Shown here in pieces: positions 1 to 8,178 of a stretch of 44,477 nucleotides of DNA. The stretch is from contig JAUYIE010000012.1 in NCBI GenBank assembly GCA_030688365.1, positions 1-44,477 of the forward strand, read 5' to 3'. This stretch comes from a bacterium (GTDB lineage: Bacteria > Patescibacteriota > Patescibacteriia > JACQRZ01). The notes beneath the pieces were generated by a model. It made no database searches and was not told where the DNA came from. It saw only the letters and a list, made by a program, of their open reading frames with translations. The position numbers and the translations under genes were made by a program. Each line of letters starts with the position of its first letter. The first letter of the stretch is position 1.

Positions 1-120
1 CAAGTATTCGGGCAGGTGGCGGGGCGACAATTCTATTCGCTCGGGTGTGGCGGAATTCCCCCCAAACCCCCCTTCCGCCACGCCCTCGCTTCGTTGCGGA
101 AAAAATTTTAAAGATTTCTT
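1..120. repeat. Left arm of a perfect 120-bp GC-rich inverted repeat (partner 2507..2626); cut by the window edge
   Basis: The reverse complement of 1..120 matches 2507..2626 base for base by manual alignment. The match stops at 121/2506. It may continue left of the window. Confidence 0.9.
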
Positions 121-1082
121 ATCTTATCATACTCGACCAAAAACTTTTCAATTTCTTTTGTACCACTCATATGTAATCTAACAAATCTGTTGCCAATTTC
201 AATTTTGTGCCCACCCATAATCAAAATATTTTTCTCTATCATTTTTTCTTCCAATAATTCAGAAGTTAAATTTTGCGGTAATTCAATGAGCGCAAAATTT
301 GAAAATGATTCAAAATACTTGCCTTTTTTTTCGTCATCAAAATATGCTTTTAGTAAATTGTGGCATGACATTAAAATTTTCTTTTTTGCCTCAATGATTT
401 TATCATCAGCAAATATTTTGAGACATTTTTTTACAGCGTTTATATTGTGGTTTAAATCTCGCTTATTGTATAAAAAATCCGCAATATCACTATTATTAGT
501 TACCAAATATCCCAAGCGTTCATCCGACAAGCTATGACTTTTTGAAAACGAGTGCAAAACAATAATTTTTTTGTCTTTGTATTTTTCTAAAATGGATTTT
601 GTGTTTATCTCTGGCAAAACATTGATACAGCTCCTGTCAATCAAAACAATGGCATCGTTTGGTAAACTTTCAATAATTAACTGCAAATCATTATCACTAA
701 ATGTTTTGCCAGTCGGATTGTTTGGAGTAGTTATCAAAACAATATCTGGCAGAGTGTTTTTTATTTCTAATACAAATTTATCAATTGAAAGTTCAAAATT
801 TAACTCGCGTTCTACCTTAACCGTTTCAATAAACCATTCGGATAATTGTTTTGTGCTAAAAAAATAATTAGGTAAATCTAAAAGTAGTTTTAACTTTCTA
901 CCCCTTTCGGCGAAACTTTTTAGAGAAAAGGCAGAAAAAATAAGAATTAAATTACTGTTAGAGCCGTAATTTAATAAAACATGATTTTCGGGAACGCCCA
1001 AATTTTGAGCTATTTTTTCCTCAATTTCATGTTTTAAATCAATTTCTTCTTTGTAATTTTCACCATAATTTAGGTCAATCAT
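108..1082 (-). CDS. Class I/II PLP-dependent aminotransferase (HisC-like)
   Basis: 324-aa ORF with TTPNNPTG and SFSKSHSLSDERLGY (SxSK lysine motif), both typical of this fold. Its start overlaps the stop of the upstream gene by 4 nt. Confidence 0.7.
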   Translation of the reverse strand: MIDLNYGENYKEEIDLKHEIEEKIAQNLGVPENHVLLNYGSNSNLILIFSAFSLKSFAERGRKLKLLLDLPNYFFSTKQLSEWFIETVKVERELNFELSIDKFVLEIKNTLPDIVLITTPNNPTGKTFSDNDLQLIIESLPNDAIVLIDRSCINVLPEINTKSILEKYKDKKIIVLHSFSKSHSLSDERLGYLVTNNSDIADFLYNKRDLNHNINAVKKCLKIFADDKIIEAKKKILMSCHNLLKAYFDDEKKGKYFESFSNFALIELPQNLTSELLEEKMIEKNILIMGGHKIEIGNRFVRLHMSGTKEIEKFLVEYDKIRNL

Positions 1083-2182
1083 ATTTTTTTCTCAGCCTGA
1101 ATCGTTTTTTGGTTATACCAAGAATTGCCTGCCGAAGTTGAAATTAACTCTCGCGATTCCATATCGTTGTAAATACCCAAAAAATAAGAGGCATAATTTA
1201 TAAAAAGGAGAGTGGAAAAGAATTTTTGGAAAAAATTCTTTTGATCCAGTTTTATTTCCACAAGTTCAATATTTTTATTTTGTTTTGCTTTTTTATCGGT
1301 AAAAACAGAAACTAGTCTATTTATTTTTTCGTTAGTATAATTATCTTCATCAATATCTCTAAAAATTACAATGGCCAACTTATTTTTTGGCTCTGTGAAA
1401 ACGGCCACTTCGCTATGTGTAAATTCGTGGAAAAAATTTCTGTGAGCTGGAGCCATAGACATTTCATTGAAGTGCATATCAACTAATTTCAACAAAGTAA
1501 AATACCATTTTGGCTCTGCCAAAAATACTATTTCTCTATCTCTTAACTTTTCCGCAAATAATTCCGCTTGCTTGATTTTTTGCTCAGAAAATTCTTGCTT
1601 GAGATATATAGCGGTTTCTTTTAGCTCATTCTGAAAATTTGACTCTATCATTTTCAATTCCGTAAAAATATCAAGTAAAATACTGAAATACTGCGGGACA
1701 TGAAATAGCGGATATTCACGATCAGGATTTCTCAATTCCCAGTGAATTATTGAAACATTGTCTTGCTTTGCAATTTCGGCTAGTTTGCCACCAGAAGTTA
1801 GAAAAATTATATTTTGCGTTAATTCTTTAATATTTTGATAAAAATTTATTGGTTCCTGTGAATATCCACTGTAAGAGCTAATAATCGTTAAGGTTTTTTC
1901 ATCTTTTAAAACTTCTTTATCAACAAGTAAATCAACATCAAAATCATTTATGACATCAACATAAATGGGGATTTTTCTGCTCGCGAAAAATCCTTTTATG
2001 ACATCTGAAACAATTGCCGAACAACCCATGCCAGTAAATATAATTTTTCTAAACTGACCAGCTTCAATTTTGCTTCTTAAATCTTTGCCTAACCCGTCAA
2101 GCGAATAATCTTTATTCCAAAGCAAACTAGCAGTAAATTCAGTGTCTATAAATTGTTTATATCGTTGTAATCTTGGTTGCAT
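1079..2182 (-). CDS. SIS-domain sugar isomerase, bifunctional phosphoglucose/phosphomannose isomerase-like
   Basis: 367-aa ORF with a SIS-type motif (IIFTGMGCSAIVSDV) and an N-terminal layout like PGI/PMI proteins. Confidence 0.6.
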   Translation of the reverse strand: MQPRLQRYKQFIDTEFTASLLWNKDYSLDGLGKDLRSKIEAGQFRKIIFTGMGCSAIVSDVIKGFFASRKIPIYVDVINDFDVDLLVDKEVLKDEKTLTIISSYSGYSQEPINFYQNIKELTQNIIFLTSGGKLAEIAKQDNVSIIHWELRNPDREYPLFHVPQYFSILLDIFTELKMIESNFQNELKETAIYLKQEFSEQKIKQAELFAEKLRDREIVFLAEPKWYFTLLKLVDMHFNEMSMAPAHRNFFHEFTHSEVAVFTEPKNKLAIVIFRDIDEDNYTNEKINRLVSVFTDKKAKQNKNIELVEIKLDQKNFFQKFFSTLLFINYASYFLGIYNDMESRELISTSAGNSWYNQKTIQAEKKI

Positions 2183-2202
2183 ATTTTTAAAAGTTATTAC
2201 TA

Positions 2203-2412
2203 CTATTTTAACAAATCTTCAATAGAAATGTCCAATGTTTTCGCGAGTTTTGCCATTAAAATAACAGATGGTTTTTTTATAACTCCGCTTTCAATTTTGG
2301 TAAGCGTTGTATATTTAACATCCGCTTTTTGGGCAAATTCTTCTTGCGATAAACCAGTTTTCATTCTGTATCTTTTGAAGTTTTCGCTAATTTTATTATT
2401 GGTTATTGCCAT
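2203..2412 (-). CDS. XRE-family helix-turn-helix transcriptional regulator
   Basis: 69-aa ORF. GLSQEEFAQKADVKYTTLTKIESG is a classic Cro/C1-type HTH. Confidence 0.8.
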   Translation of the reverse strand: MAITNNKISENFKRYRMKTGLSQEEFAQKADVKYTTLTKIESGVIKKPSVILMAKLAKTLDISIEDLLK

Positions 2413-2421
2413 AATATCAGT

Positions 2422-2475
2422 AATTTGATAGTATTAAAGTGTTATGCTATCCTTTCAATATAATACTATCAAATT
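2422..2475. promoter_or_regulatory. Candidate operator: perfect 15-bp inverted repeat just upstream of the XRE gene
   Basis: AATTTGATAGTATTA (2422..2436) and TAATACTATCAAATT (2461..2475) are exact reverse complements separated by 24 nt. Confidence 0.5.
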
Positions 2476-2506
2476 TTCAAAAATTATTCAACCTTTTATT
2501 GTTATG

Positions 2507-2626
2507 AAGAAATCTTTAAAATTTTTTCCGCAACGAAGCGAGGGCGTGGCGGAAGGGGGGTTTGGGGGGAATTCCGCCACACCCGAGCGAATAGAATTGT
2601 CGCCCCGCCACCTGCCCGAATACTTG
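2507..2626. repeat. Right arm of the perfect 120-bp inverted repeat
   Basis: Exact reverse complement of 1..120. Confidence 0.9.
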
Positions 2627-2778
2627 GAGGGCAGAGCACCAAAGAAAAATGTCCTTTCCTTTTTAGAAGAAATTGGTCGCGCGCAAATCCGAAAAGCAAG
2701 GAACATTTTTCTTTGGTGTCCGCCGAGGCTCTGCGAGGCGGTGGCGGGGCGTCCTCATTCTTGGAGGTTCTCCGCAAA
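2531..2778 (+). promoter_or_regulatory. GC-rich, highly structured leader / candidate cis-regulatory or non-coding RNA upstream of the ATP-grasp gene
   Basis: Four nested helices were found by hand. Hairpin GTGGCGGAA (2546..2554) pairs with TTCCGCCAC (2572..2580). Hairpin CTGCCC pairs with GGGCAG (about 2612..2634). A 16-bp perfect stem pairs 2637..2652 with 2703..2718. A 12-bp GC helix pairs CGCCCCGCCACC (2601..2612) with GGTGGCGGGGCG (2740..2751) and encloses the previous two helices. CCTC at about 2753 can pair with the GGAGG Shine-Dalgarno at 2763..2767. GC content is far above the surrounding sequence. Confidence 0.45.
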
Positions 2779-4032
2779 ATGGGTTCTGACTTTTTCAAAC
2801 AAACACCACCAATCAAGATTGGCAGCACATATATACATAAAAAAAATAACAACTATTGCGACGATTGCGGGGTGTCATCTGCTTACCACATACAGACGTG
2901 GCTTGAAGAACTCTCCGAATATTGGCTCTCGCATATACGTATACCGCGACGACTTGAACATGTTGCTACTGTTATTCTTGAAACCCTCTTTACATCACTA
3001 GGACTCATGTCATTTCGCGACGGCTTCACAAGTAAAGATATACAACCACGGAGCATGTGTTTCATTGAGGAACTTAAAAAACGTGGTGGTCTGGTACAAG
3101 TACTTCGTGGACCAGCCGGATACACCAGCCATTTCCGTGCATCCATCAATGAAAAAATTATCCGTTTTGAGGGGCTACCAATCGCACAATTTGCGAGTAA
3201 ATATCATTCGTCTTTAGCAGATAACAAAGAAAAAACAAAACACCACCTAAAAAAAGGAAATTTTCCCGTTGCCAGTGGATCATCCTTTGGGTTTTGGCAA
3301 AAGAAAAAAGCAATGGATTATGGAACCAACATTATTGGATTTCCATTAGTAATCAAACCACGCGGTGGCTCCGTCAGTAGACATGTCACTACGAACATTC
3401 AAAACACAGAACAGTTGAATAAAGCGATTGATGTTGCAACCGCATATTCACCGTTTTATATTCTTGAACAATTTATTCCCGATGCGTTTGTTTTTCGCGC
3501 GACTGTGATTGACTTTGATTTCGTCGCCTGTGTCAAACAAGTTGCTGCAAACGTTATTGGCGACGGCACATCAACAATACGCGCACTTATTAATAAAAAA
3601 AATGCCGACCCAAAGCGAAGCGCGTCGCATGAAAATTCCTCTATTTTGCATACGATCGTCGAAGATGAAAAAACCACAAAACTACTCTCTGTAAAAGGAT
3701 ATACTGTAGATAGTATCCCCAAACAAGACGAGATTGTTTTTTTGCAAATAGACCCGTTTTTGAAACTTGGAGGTGACTTGATGGAACTCACACCCTATAT
3801 ACACCCTGATAATCTTCGGCTTTTCCGTAATTTAGCACGATTTTTTGACATGAGGGTTGTCGGAATTGATTTTTTGGCGCACGATATTACATATCCATAC
3901 ACACAACAGCCGTGTGCAGTCCTTGAACTCAACAGTGCGCCCTGTATTGAACTGCATCACTACCCCTCCTCGGGTGATCCGCAAAACGTCGCGCACGCAC
4001 TTGTAAATTTATTTTTTAAATATTATCTATGA
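2779..4032 (+). CDS. ATP-grasp ligase resembling the N and G domains of cyanophycin synthetase CphA
   Basis: The ORF is open from 2713. ATG 2779 is preferred because GGAGG lies 11 nt upstream. Recalled CphA-like blocks: YCDDCG...LEHVATVILE (N domain), VIGDGTSTIRALINKKNADPKR, GGDLMELTPYIHPDN, VVGIDFLAHDI and VLELNSAPCIELHHYP. Confidence 0.7.
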   Translation: MGSDFFKQTPPIKIGSTYIHKKNNNYCDDCGVSSAYHIQTWLEELSEYWLSHIRIPRRLEHVATVILETLFTSLGLMSFRDGFTSKDIQPRSMCFIEELKKRGGLVQVLRGPAGYTSHFRASINEKIIRFEGLPIAQFASKYHSSLADNKEKTKHHLKKGNFPVASGSSFGFWQKKKAMDYGTNIIGFPLVIKPRGGSVSRHVTTNIQNTEQLNKAIDVATAYSPFYILEQFIPDAFVFRATVIDFDFVACVKQVAANVIGDGTSTIRALINKKNADPKRSASHENSSILHTIVEDEKTTKLLSVKGYTVDSIPKQDEIVFLQIDPFLKLGGDLMELTPYIHPDNLRLFRNLARFFDMRVVGIDFLAHDITYPYTQQPCAVLELNSAPCIELHHYPSSGDPQNVAHALVNLFFKYYL

Positions 4033-4598
4033 CCATGGTGTTGTGGGGCATACTCGTCCTACTACTCATACCCTTGACATTTTTCATGATATTTCTTTGT
4101 GTCTTAGTCCTTGATGCAATTATTAACGGCCATGCATTACCGACAAGCGGACGAGCGCGAGGACATCTGGTCCGCGCGATACAGCAATATACACCAAATG
4201 CAAAAACATTTTACGATCTTGGGTGCGCTCATGGATCCTTGTCGTTGAAAATAAAAAAAATAATGCCCGCATTAGATGTACACGCGATTGACAATAGCGC
4301 GTTACGTATTTTTGTTGCAATGCTTAAAACAAAATTTTTAAGACGTGGAGTACATTTTCATAAACAAGATCTTTTTCACTTTGATCTTAGGAACGCTGAT
4401 GTGGTGTATTCATATTTATGGTATGACCACATGCTTCCACTGGAAAAAAAATTGCTTGCAGAATTAAAACCAGGGGCAATGCTGGTTACCAACACATCTC
4501 GCCTGCCATATTGGCAACCTGATTACAAGATCATCACCTTTTCCGGCACCACAATAACACCTGATTTTGAAACACTGTTCGTTTACCTAAAAAAATAA
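4029..4598 (+). CDS. Class I SAM-dependent methyltransferase-like protein with an N-terminal transmembrane helix
   Basis: 189 aa with a hydrophobic N-terminus (VLWGILVLLLIPLTFFMIFLCVLVL) and a motif I-like FYDLGCAHGSL. ATGA overlap with the upstream stop. Confidence 0.5.
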   Translation: MTMVLWGILVLLLIPLTFFMIFLCVLVLDAIINGHALPTSGRARGHLVRAIQQYTPNAKTFYDLGCAHGSLSLKIKKIMPALDVHAIDNSALRIFVAMLKTKFLRRGVHFHKQDLFHFDLRNADVVYSYLWYDHMLPLEKKLLAELKPGAMLVTNTSRLPYWQPDYKIITFSGTTITPDFETLFVYLKK

Positions 4599-4608
4599 AA
4601 TAATCCTG

Positions 4609-5358
4609 ATGAAAATCATTGTTAAAAATCTTGCGACAGAATATAGCGACGAGGGTACAGGTCATGTACTCCTTTTTCTTCATGGCTGGCAAGACACACT
4701 ACACACCTTTGATGCTTTGTGTGTATCATTAGTCAAAACACATCGCGTTGTCCGACTTGATTTGCCTGGATTTGGACACACTGACACACCAAAACAAGTA
4801 TGGACACTTGATGAATATATTGCATTCGTTGATGAATTTATAAAAAAACTCCAGCTGGACGTTGATACTATAGTTGGACACTCATTTGGTGGTCGTATTA
4901 TTATCAAAGGTGCTAGCACCAAAAAAATTCATACCAAAAAAATTATTTTAATCGCTTCTGCCGGTATCGCACAACGACAAACACTCCGCACAGCCACATT
5001 AAAAATTATAGCTAAAATCGGCGGTATCCTACTATGTGTCCCCCCGCTCTTTTTTTGGCGCGACACATTGCGTAGACAATTTTATTCAGCTATTGGTAGT
5101 GACTATCTCAGCGCCGGCGCATTACAAAAAACGTTTTTAAATATTATTGCCCACGATCTAAGTCAATACGCGCGGATGCTTTCTCTTCCGACATTACTTA
5201 TTTGGGGAGATCACGATATACAAACACCTCTTTCCGATGGCAAACGCCTTACAAAAATGATCCCAGGTAGCCACCTTGACATAATCTCTGATACAGGACA
5301 TTTTGTACACAAAGAAAGACCTTTAGAAGTCTTACGGACTATACAAAAATTTTTATGA
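4609..5358 (+). CDS. Alpha/beta-fold hydrolase
   Basis: 249 aa with an HG oxyanion motif (FLHGW), nucleophile elbow GHSFGG, and a C-terminal D...H (GDHD, TGHFVH). Confidence 0.75.
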   Translation: MKIIVKNLATEYSDEGTGHVLLFLHGWQDTLHTFDALCVSLVKTHRVVRLDLPGFGHTDTPKQVWTLDEYIAFVDEFIKKLQLDVDTIVGHSFGGRIIIKGASTKKIHTKKIILIASAGIAQRQTLRTATLKIIAKIGGILLCVPPLFFWRDTLRRQFYSAIGSDYLSAGALQKTFLNIIAHDLSQYARMLSLPTLLIWGDHDIQTPLSDGKRLTKMIPGSHLDIISDTGHFVHKERPLEVLRTIQKFL

Positions 5359-6788
5359 CCAAAGACTGGCTGACACGATACGATCTACAATACCCCCGCT
5401 CGCTTATATACATGCTTCAAGCAAGTGAGTATAATATTCGTGATTATTTACGGTGGCTTGCACGCACCAAAGATTTTGCCCATGTAGAGAAACGAAAACA
5501 ATTGGTAAAAAATAAAAAAACTATATTACTATTGGTAATCGCGTGGATTATTTCACTTACGTTATACATCCTGGCTATATATATATTGTTCACTGGCACC
5601 ATACCATTAAAATATATAGAATTTTTTGCAATTATTCTTGTGGCACCCTACATAGTCGCGTATGGCATTATACTACCACTGACGTCCATCAAGTTTTTAA
5701 TACAAAAACCGATTGAATATTTCATAATCAAAAAAGCGAAACAAATACTTGTGTCGCATAAAGGATTCAAAATTGCGATTGCGGGAAGTTACGGCAAGAC
5801 AACAATGCGAGAAATATTAAAAACAGTGTTATCAGAAGATAAAAAAGTTGCGACCCCGCCAGGCAACCATAATACACCTCTAGGAATCAGTACATTTATA
5901 AAATCCCTAGCCGGCGACGAAGATATTCTTATTTTTGAGCTTGGTGAATATTATCCCGGTGATGTGAAAAAACTCTGTACGCTAGTACGACCTGATTTAG
6001 GAATTATAACCGGCGTCAATGAAGCACATCTTGAAAAATTTAAAACAATAGACAAAACTGCTCGTACGATTTTTGAGCTTGCTGATTATCTGGGTGATAA
6101 GCCGTTATATGTAAATAAAGAAAACACAACAGCATCACAGTACGCGTCTCCATCGCATATTTTGTATAGTAGAGAAAAAGTTGGTAAATGGTTTGTGTCT
6201 GATCCAACCACTGATTTGACTGGCACCTCGTTTATTTTAAAAAATAACTCCGAGACTTTGGCAGTACACTCACGACTGTTGGGATCGCACCAGATCGGTC
6301 CGTTGGCAGTAGCGATAGACATCGCCATATGCACAGGAATGGCGCACGAATCAACACTACGAGGAATCGCTCATACTAAACCATGTGATCATAGACTAGA
6401 ACCAAAAATAGATTCCAGTGGTGTCATCACCCTTGATGATAGTTATAACGGCAATCCGGATGGAGTAAGTGCGGTAATTGAGTTTTTATCTTCCCTCAAA
6501 GACTATCACCGGCTCTATGTCACACCAGGTCTTGTTGAAATGGGCGCACAAACCGAGTCAATACATAAAAAGATAGGTCATCAGCTTGCAAGCGCAGATA
6601 TAGAAAAAGTTGTGCTTATAAAAAACTCTGTTACACCCTTTATAGAACAGGGCTTGAAAGAATCAAAGTATCATGGTGAGATAATATGGTTCAAAGATGC
6701 GTTGACCGCATTTGCCTCACTATCCCAGCTCACTGTTCCTGGTGACGTAGTCTTACTACAAAACGATTGGCCTGATCAATATAACTAG
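5355..6788 (+). CDS. MurF-like Mur ligase in which the N-terminal domain is replaced by predicted transmembrane helices
   Basis: P-loop AGSYGKTTMREIL. MurF-type blocks GNHNTPLG, ITGVNEAHLEKF and DDSYNGNPDG. Residues about 55-115 are strongly hydrophobic (ILLLVIAWIISLTLYILAIYILF; FFAIILVAPYIVAYGIILPL). ATGA overlap with the upstream gene. Confidence 0.7.
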   Translation: MTKDWLTRYDLQYPRSLIYMLQASEYNIRDYLRWLARTKDFAHVEKRKQLVKNKKTILLLVIAWIISLTLYILAIYILFTGTIPLKYIEFFAIILVAPYIVAYGIILPLTSIKFLIQKPIEYFIIKKAKQILVSHKGFKIAIAGSYGKTTMREILKTVLSEDKKVATPPGNHNTPLGISTFIKSLAGDEDILIFELGEYYPGDVKKLCTLVRPDLGIITGVNEAHLEKFKTIDKTARTIFELADYLGDKPLYVNKENTTASQYASPSHILYSREKVGKWFVSDPTTDLTGTSFILKNNSETLAVHSRLLGSHQIGPLAVAIDIAICTGMAHESTLRGIAHTKPCDHRLEPKIDSSGVITLDDSYNGNPDGVSAVIEFLSSLKDYHRLYVTPGLVEMGAQTESIHKKIGHQLASADIEKVVLIKNSVTPFIEQGLKESKYHGEIIWFKDALTAFASLSQLTVPGDVVLLQNDWPDQYN

Positions 6789-6796
6789 TATTTTAT

Positions 6797-7957
6797 ATGA
6801 AAAAAAATATTGCTGTCATTTTTGGAAGCAGAAGTGCCGAGCATGATGTTTCTATCCTTACCGCTCACACACCAATTATTTCTTCTCTTTTGGCGATGTC
6901 CGATTATGATGTATGGCCTGTATATATTTCAAAAAAAGGTGTTTGGTATTGTGACAAAGTCATGAATGAGTTGTCTTTTTTTAAAAATGATAATTTTGAA
7001 AACGAATTAAAAAAATTGAAGCCGATTAAAATGGCGCTCAATCACGGATTAGAAATAATCTGGCCGGGTGTGTTTTCCAAAAAAGTAAATATTGATATTG
7101 CCTTTCCAGCAACACATGGAACATATGGAGAAGATGGAAGCTTAATGGGACTTTTGCGTATGGCAAATATTCCGTTTGTTGGCTGTGATTTATTTGCCTC
7201 GGCTGTTGCTATGGACAAGGTGCTCACAAAACAAATAATGTCTGCTGAAAATATTCCAATAGCCCCCTACGTTTGGTTTACCAAACACGAATGGAAAAAA
7301 AATCAAGAGGCGTTAAGGAAAAAAATATCAGAATTGAAGTATCCGTTGTTTATAAAACCCGTGCATCTTGGATCCAGTATTGGAATAACGAAAGCTAAAA
7401 CTTCTCAAGAGCTTGAAAATGGCATTGAGGTGGCGCTTCACTATGATGACAAAATACTTGTGGAGGAGGGTGTAGAAAATCTTATTGAGGTTACATTACC
7501 TATTATGGGGAATGAGACGCCCACATGCGCCCTCATAGAACGCCCACTCAACAAAACGGAAATGTTTGATTTCAATGATAAATATTTATCGGGTGGAAAA
7601 AACACGGAAGGCGCGAATGCACAGTATAGTGAATTACCGGCCAATATTGAGCCGGCGCTTTCGCAACAAGTCATTGAGTTGGGCAGACGAGCGTATCACA
7701 CCATTGGGTGTGAAGGTGTCGCGCGCATTGATTTTCTTATTGATAATCAAACGAAGAATGTCTACGTCAATGAAATAAACACATTACCCGGTAGTTTGTA
7801 TATACACAACTGGCGAAAGGTCGGAGTGAGTGGAGTAGACTTGGTTACAAAATTGATTTTACTAGCAAATGAGCGTTTTGATTCACAAAAAAATATCACC
7901 CATGCGTTTAAATCTGATATTTTAAAAATGGGTGGGGGAAATAAGACGCAAGAATAA
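6797..7957 (+). CDS. ddl: D-alanine--D-alanine ligase
   Basis: 386 aa with the typical Ddl N-terminus (IAVIFGSRSAEHDVS), GEDGSLMGLLRMANIPFVG and NEINTLPG. Confidence 0.9.
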   Translation: MKKNIAVIFGSRSAEHDVSILTAHTPIISSLLAMSDYDVWPVYISKKGVWYCDKVMNELSFFKNDNFENELKKLKPIKMALNHGLEIIWPGVFSKKVNIDIAFPATHGTYGEDGSLMGLLRMANIPFVGCDLFASAVAMDKVLTKQIMSAENIPIAPYVWFTKHEWKKNQEALRKKISELKYPLFIKPVHLGSSIGITKAKTSQELENGIEVALHYDDKILVEEGVENLIEVTLPIMGNETPTCALIERPLNKTEMFDFNDKYLSGGKNTEGANAQYSELPANIEPALSQQVIELGRRAYHTIGCEGVARIDFLIDNQTKNVYVNEINTLPGSLYIHNWRKVGVSGVDLVTKLILLANERFDSQKNITHAFKSDILKMGGGNKTQE

Positions 7958-7958
7958 T

Positions 7959-8174
7959 ATGGCGCATATTTATGACTACGCATATTTTGATGACTCAATT
8001 ATTTCATTTAAAGACGCATCACTTAGTATTGCTAGTTCCGCTGTACTTTGCGGATTGAGTGTCTATACTGGCAATAAAAAAATGGGGCCACTCACGACAG
8101 AAATTCAAAAGAAACATTCGGACATTTTGAACGGAAACGACCCAGCATACCAACATTTTTTGACGGTGATTTAA
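7959..8174 (+). pseudogene. Remnant of a class IV (BCAT / D-amino-acid) aminotransferase with most of the protein deleted
   Basis: The 71-aa reading frame joins an N-terminal-like block (FDDSIISFKDASLSIASSAVLCGLSVYTG) directly to a C-terminal-like block (GPLTTEIQKKHSDILNGNDPAYQHFLT). These blocks lie about 250 aa apart in IlvE/Dat proteins. Confidence 0.5.
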
Positions 8175-8178
8175 AAAA

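Noticed and set aside
190-867. Plus-strand ORFs 190..537 and 571..867 lie inside the aminotransferase gene. The track lists many similar antisense or overlapping ORFs throughout the window (for example 3456..3791, 8198..8668, 13787..14080, 27654..27944, 33876..34304, 36248..36637).
   Set aside because: They lie antisense to, or out of frame within, long ORFs that have clear family motifs. They have low-complexity or hydrophobic AT-rich-codon compositions and no recognisable motifs or ribosome-binding sites.
2555-2571. GGGGGGTTTGGGGGG, considered as a G-quadruplex.
   Set aside because: There are only two G-runs, so zero-length loops would be required. It is more simply the loop of the GTGGCGGAA/TTCCGCCAC hairpin.
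2649-2666. Mini-ORF ATG TCC TTT CCT TTT TAG (MSFPF) in the leader, considered as a possible attenuation peptide.
   Set aside because: The nearest GGAGG is 18 nt upstream, which is too far. The ORF lies inside the 16-bp perfect stem. There is no independent support.
2507-2778. Identifying the GC-rich element as RNase P RNA, tmRNA, SRP RNA, 6S RNA or a T-box.
   Set aside because: None of the signature strings I know were found: GGAAAGUCC for RNase P, the tRNA-like GGGG...CCA ends and tag ORF for tmRNA, the GGAA-tetraloop AGCAGC domain IV for SRP, or AGGGUGGNACCGCG for the T-box.
2444-3001. ORFs 2444..3001 (+), 2488..2706 (-) and 2502..2852 (-) run across the GC-rich repeat/leader.
   Set aside because: Their Gly/Arg/Pro-rich translations are what a GC-rich structured sequence gives in any frame. 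The interval is better explained by extensive base-pairing, and it is duplicated as an inverted repeat.
7932-7958. The longer start at 7932 for the aminotransferase remnant.
   Set aside because: It overlaps the end of ddl. The family-like sequence begins at MAHIYDY (7959).
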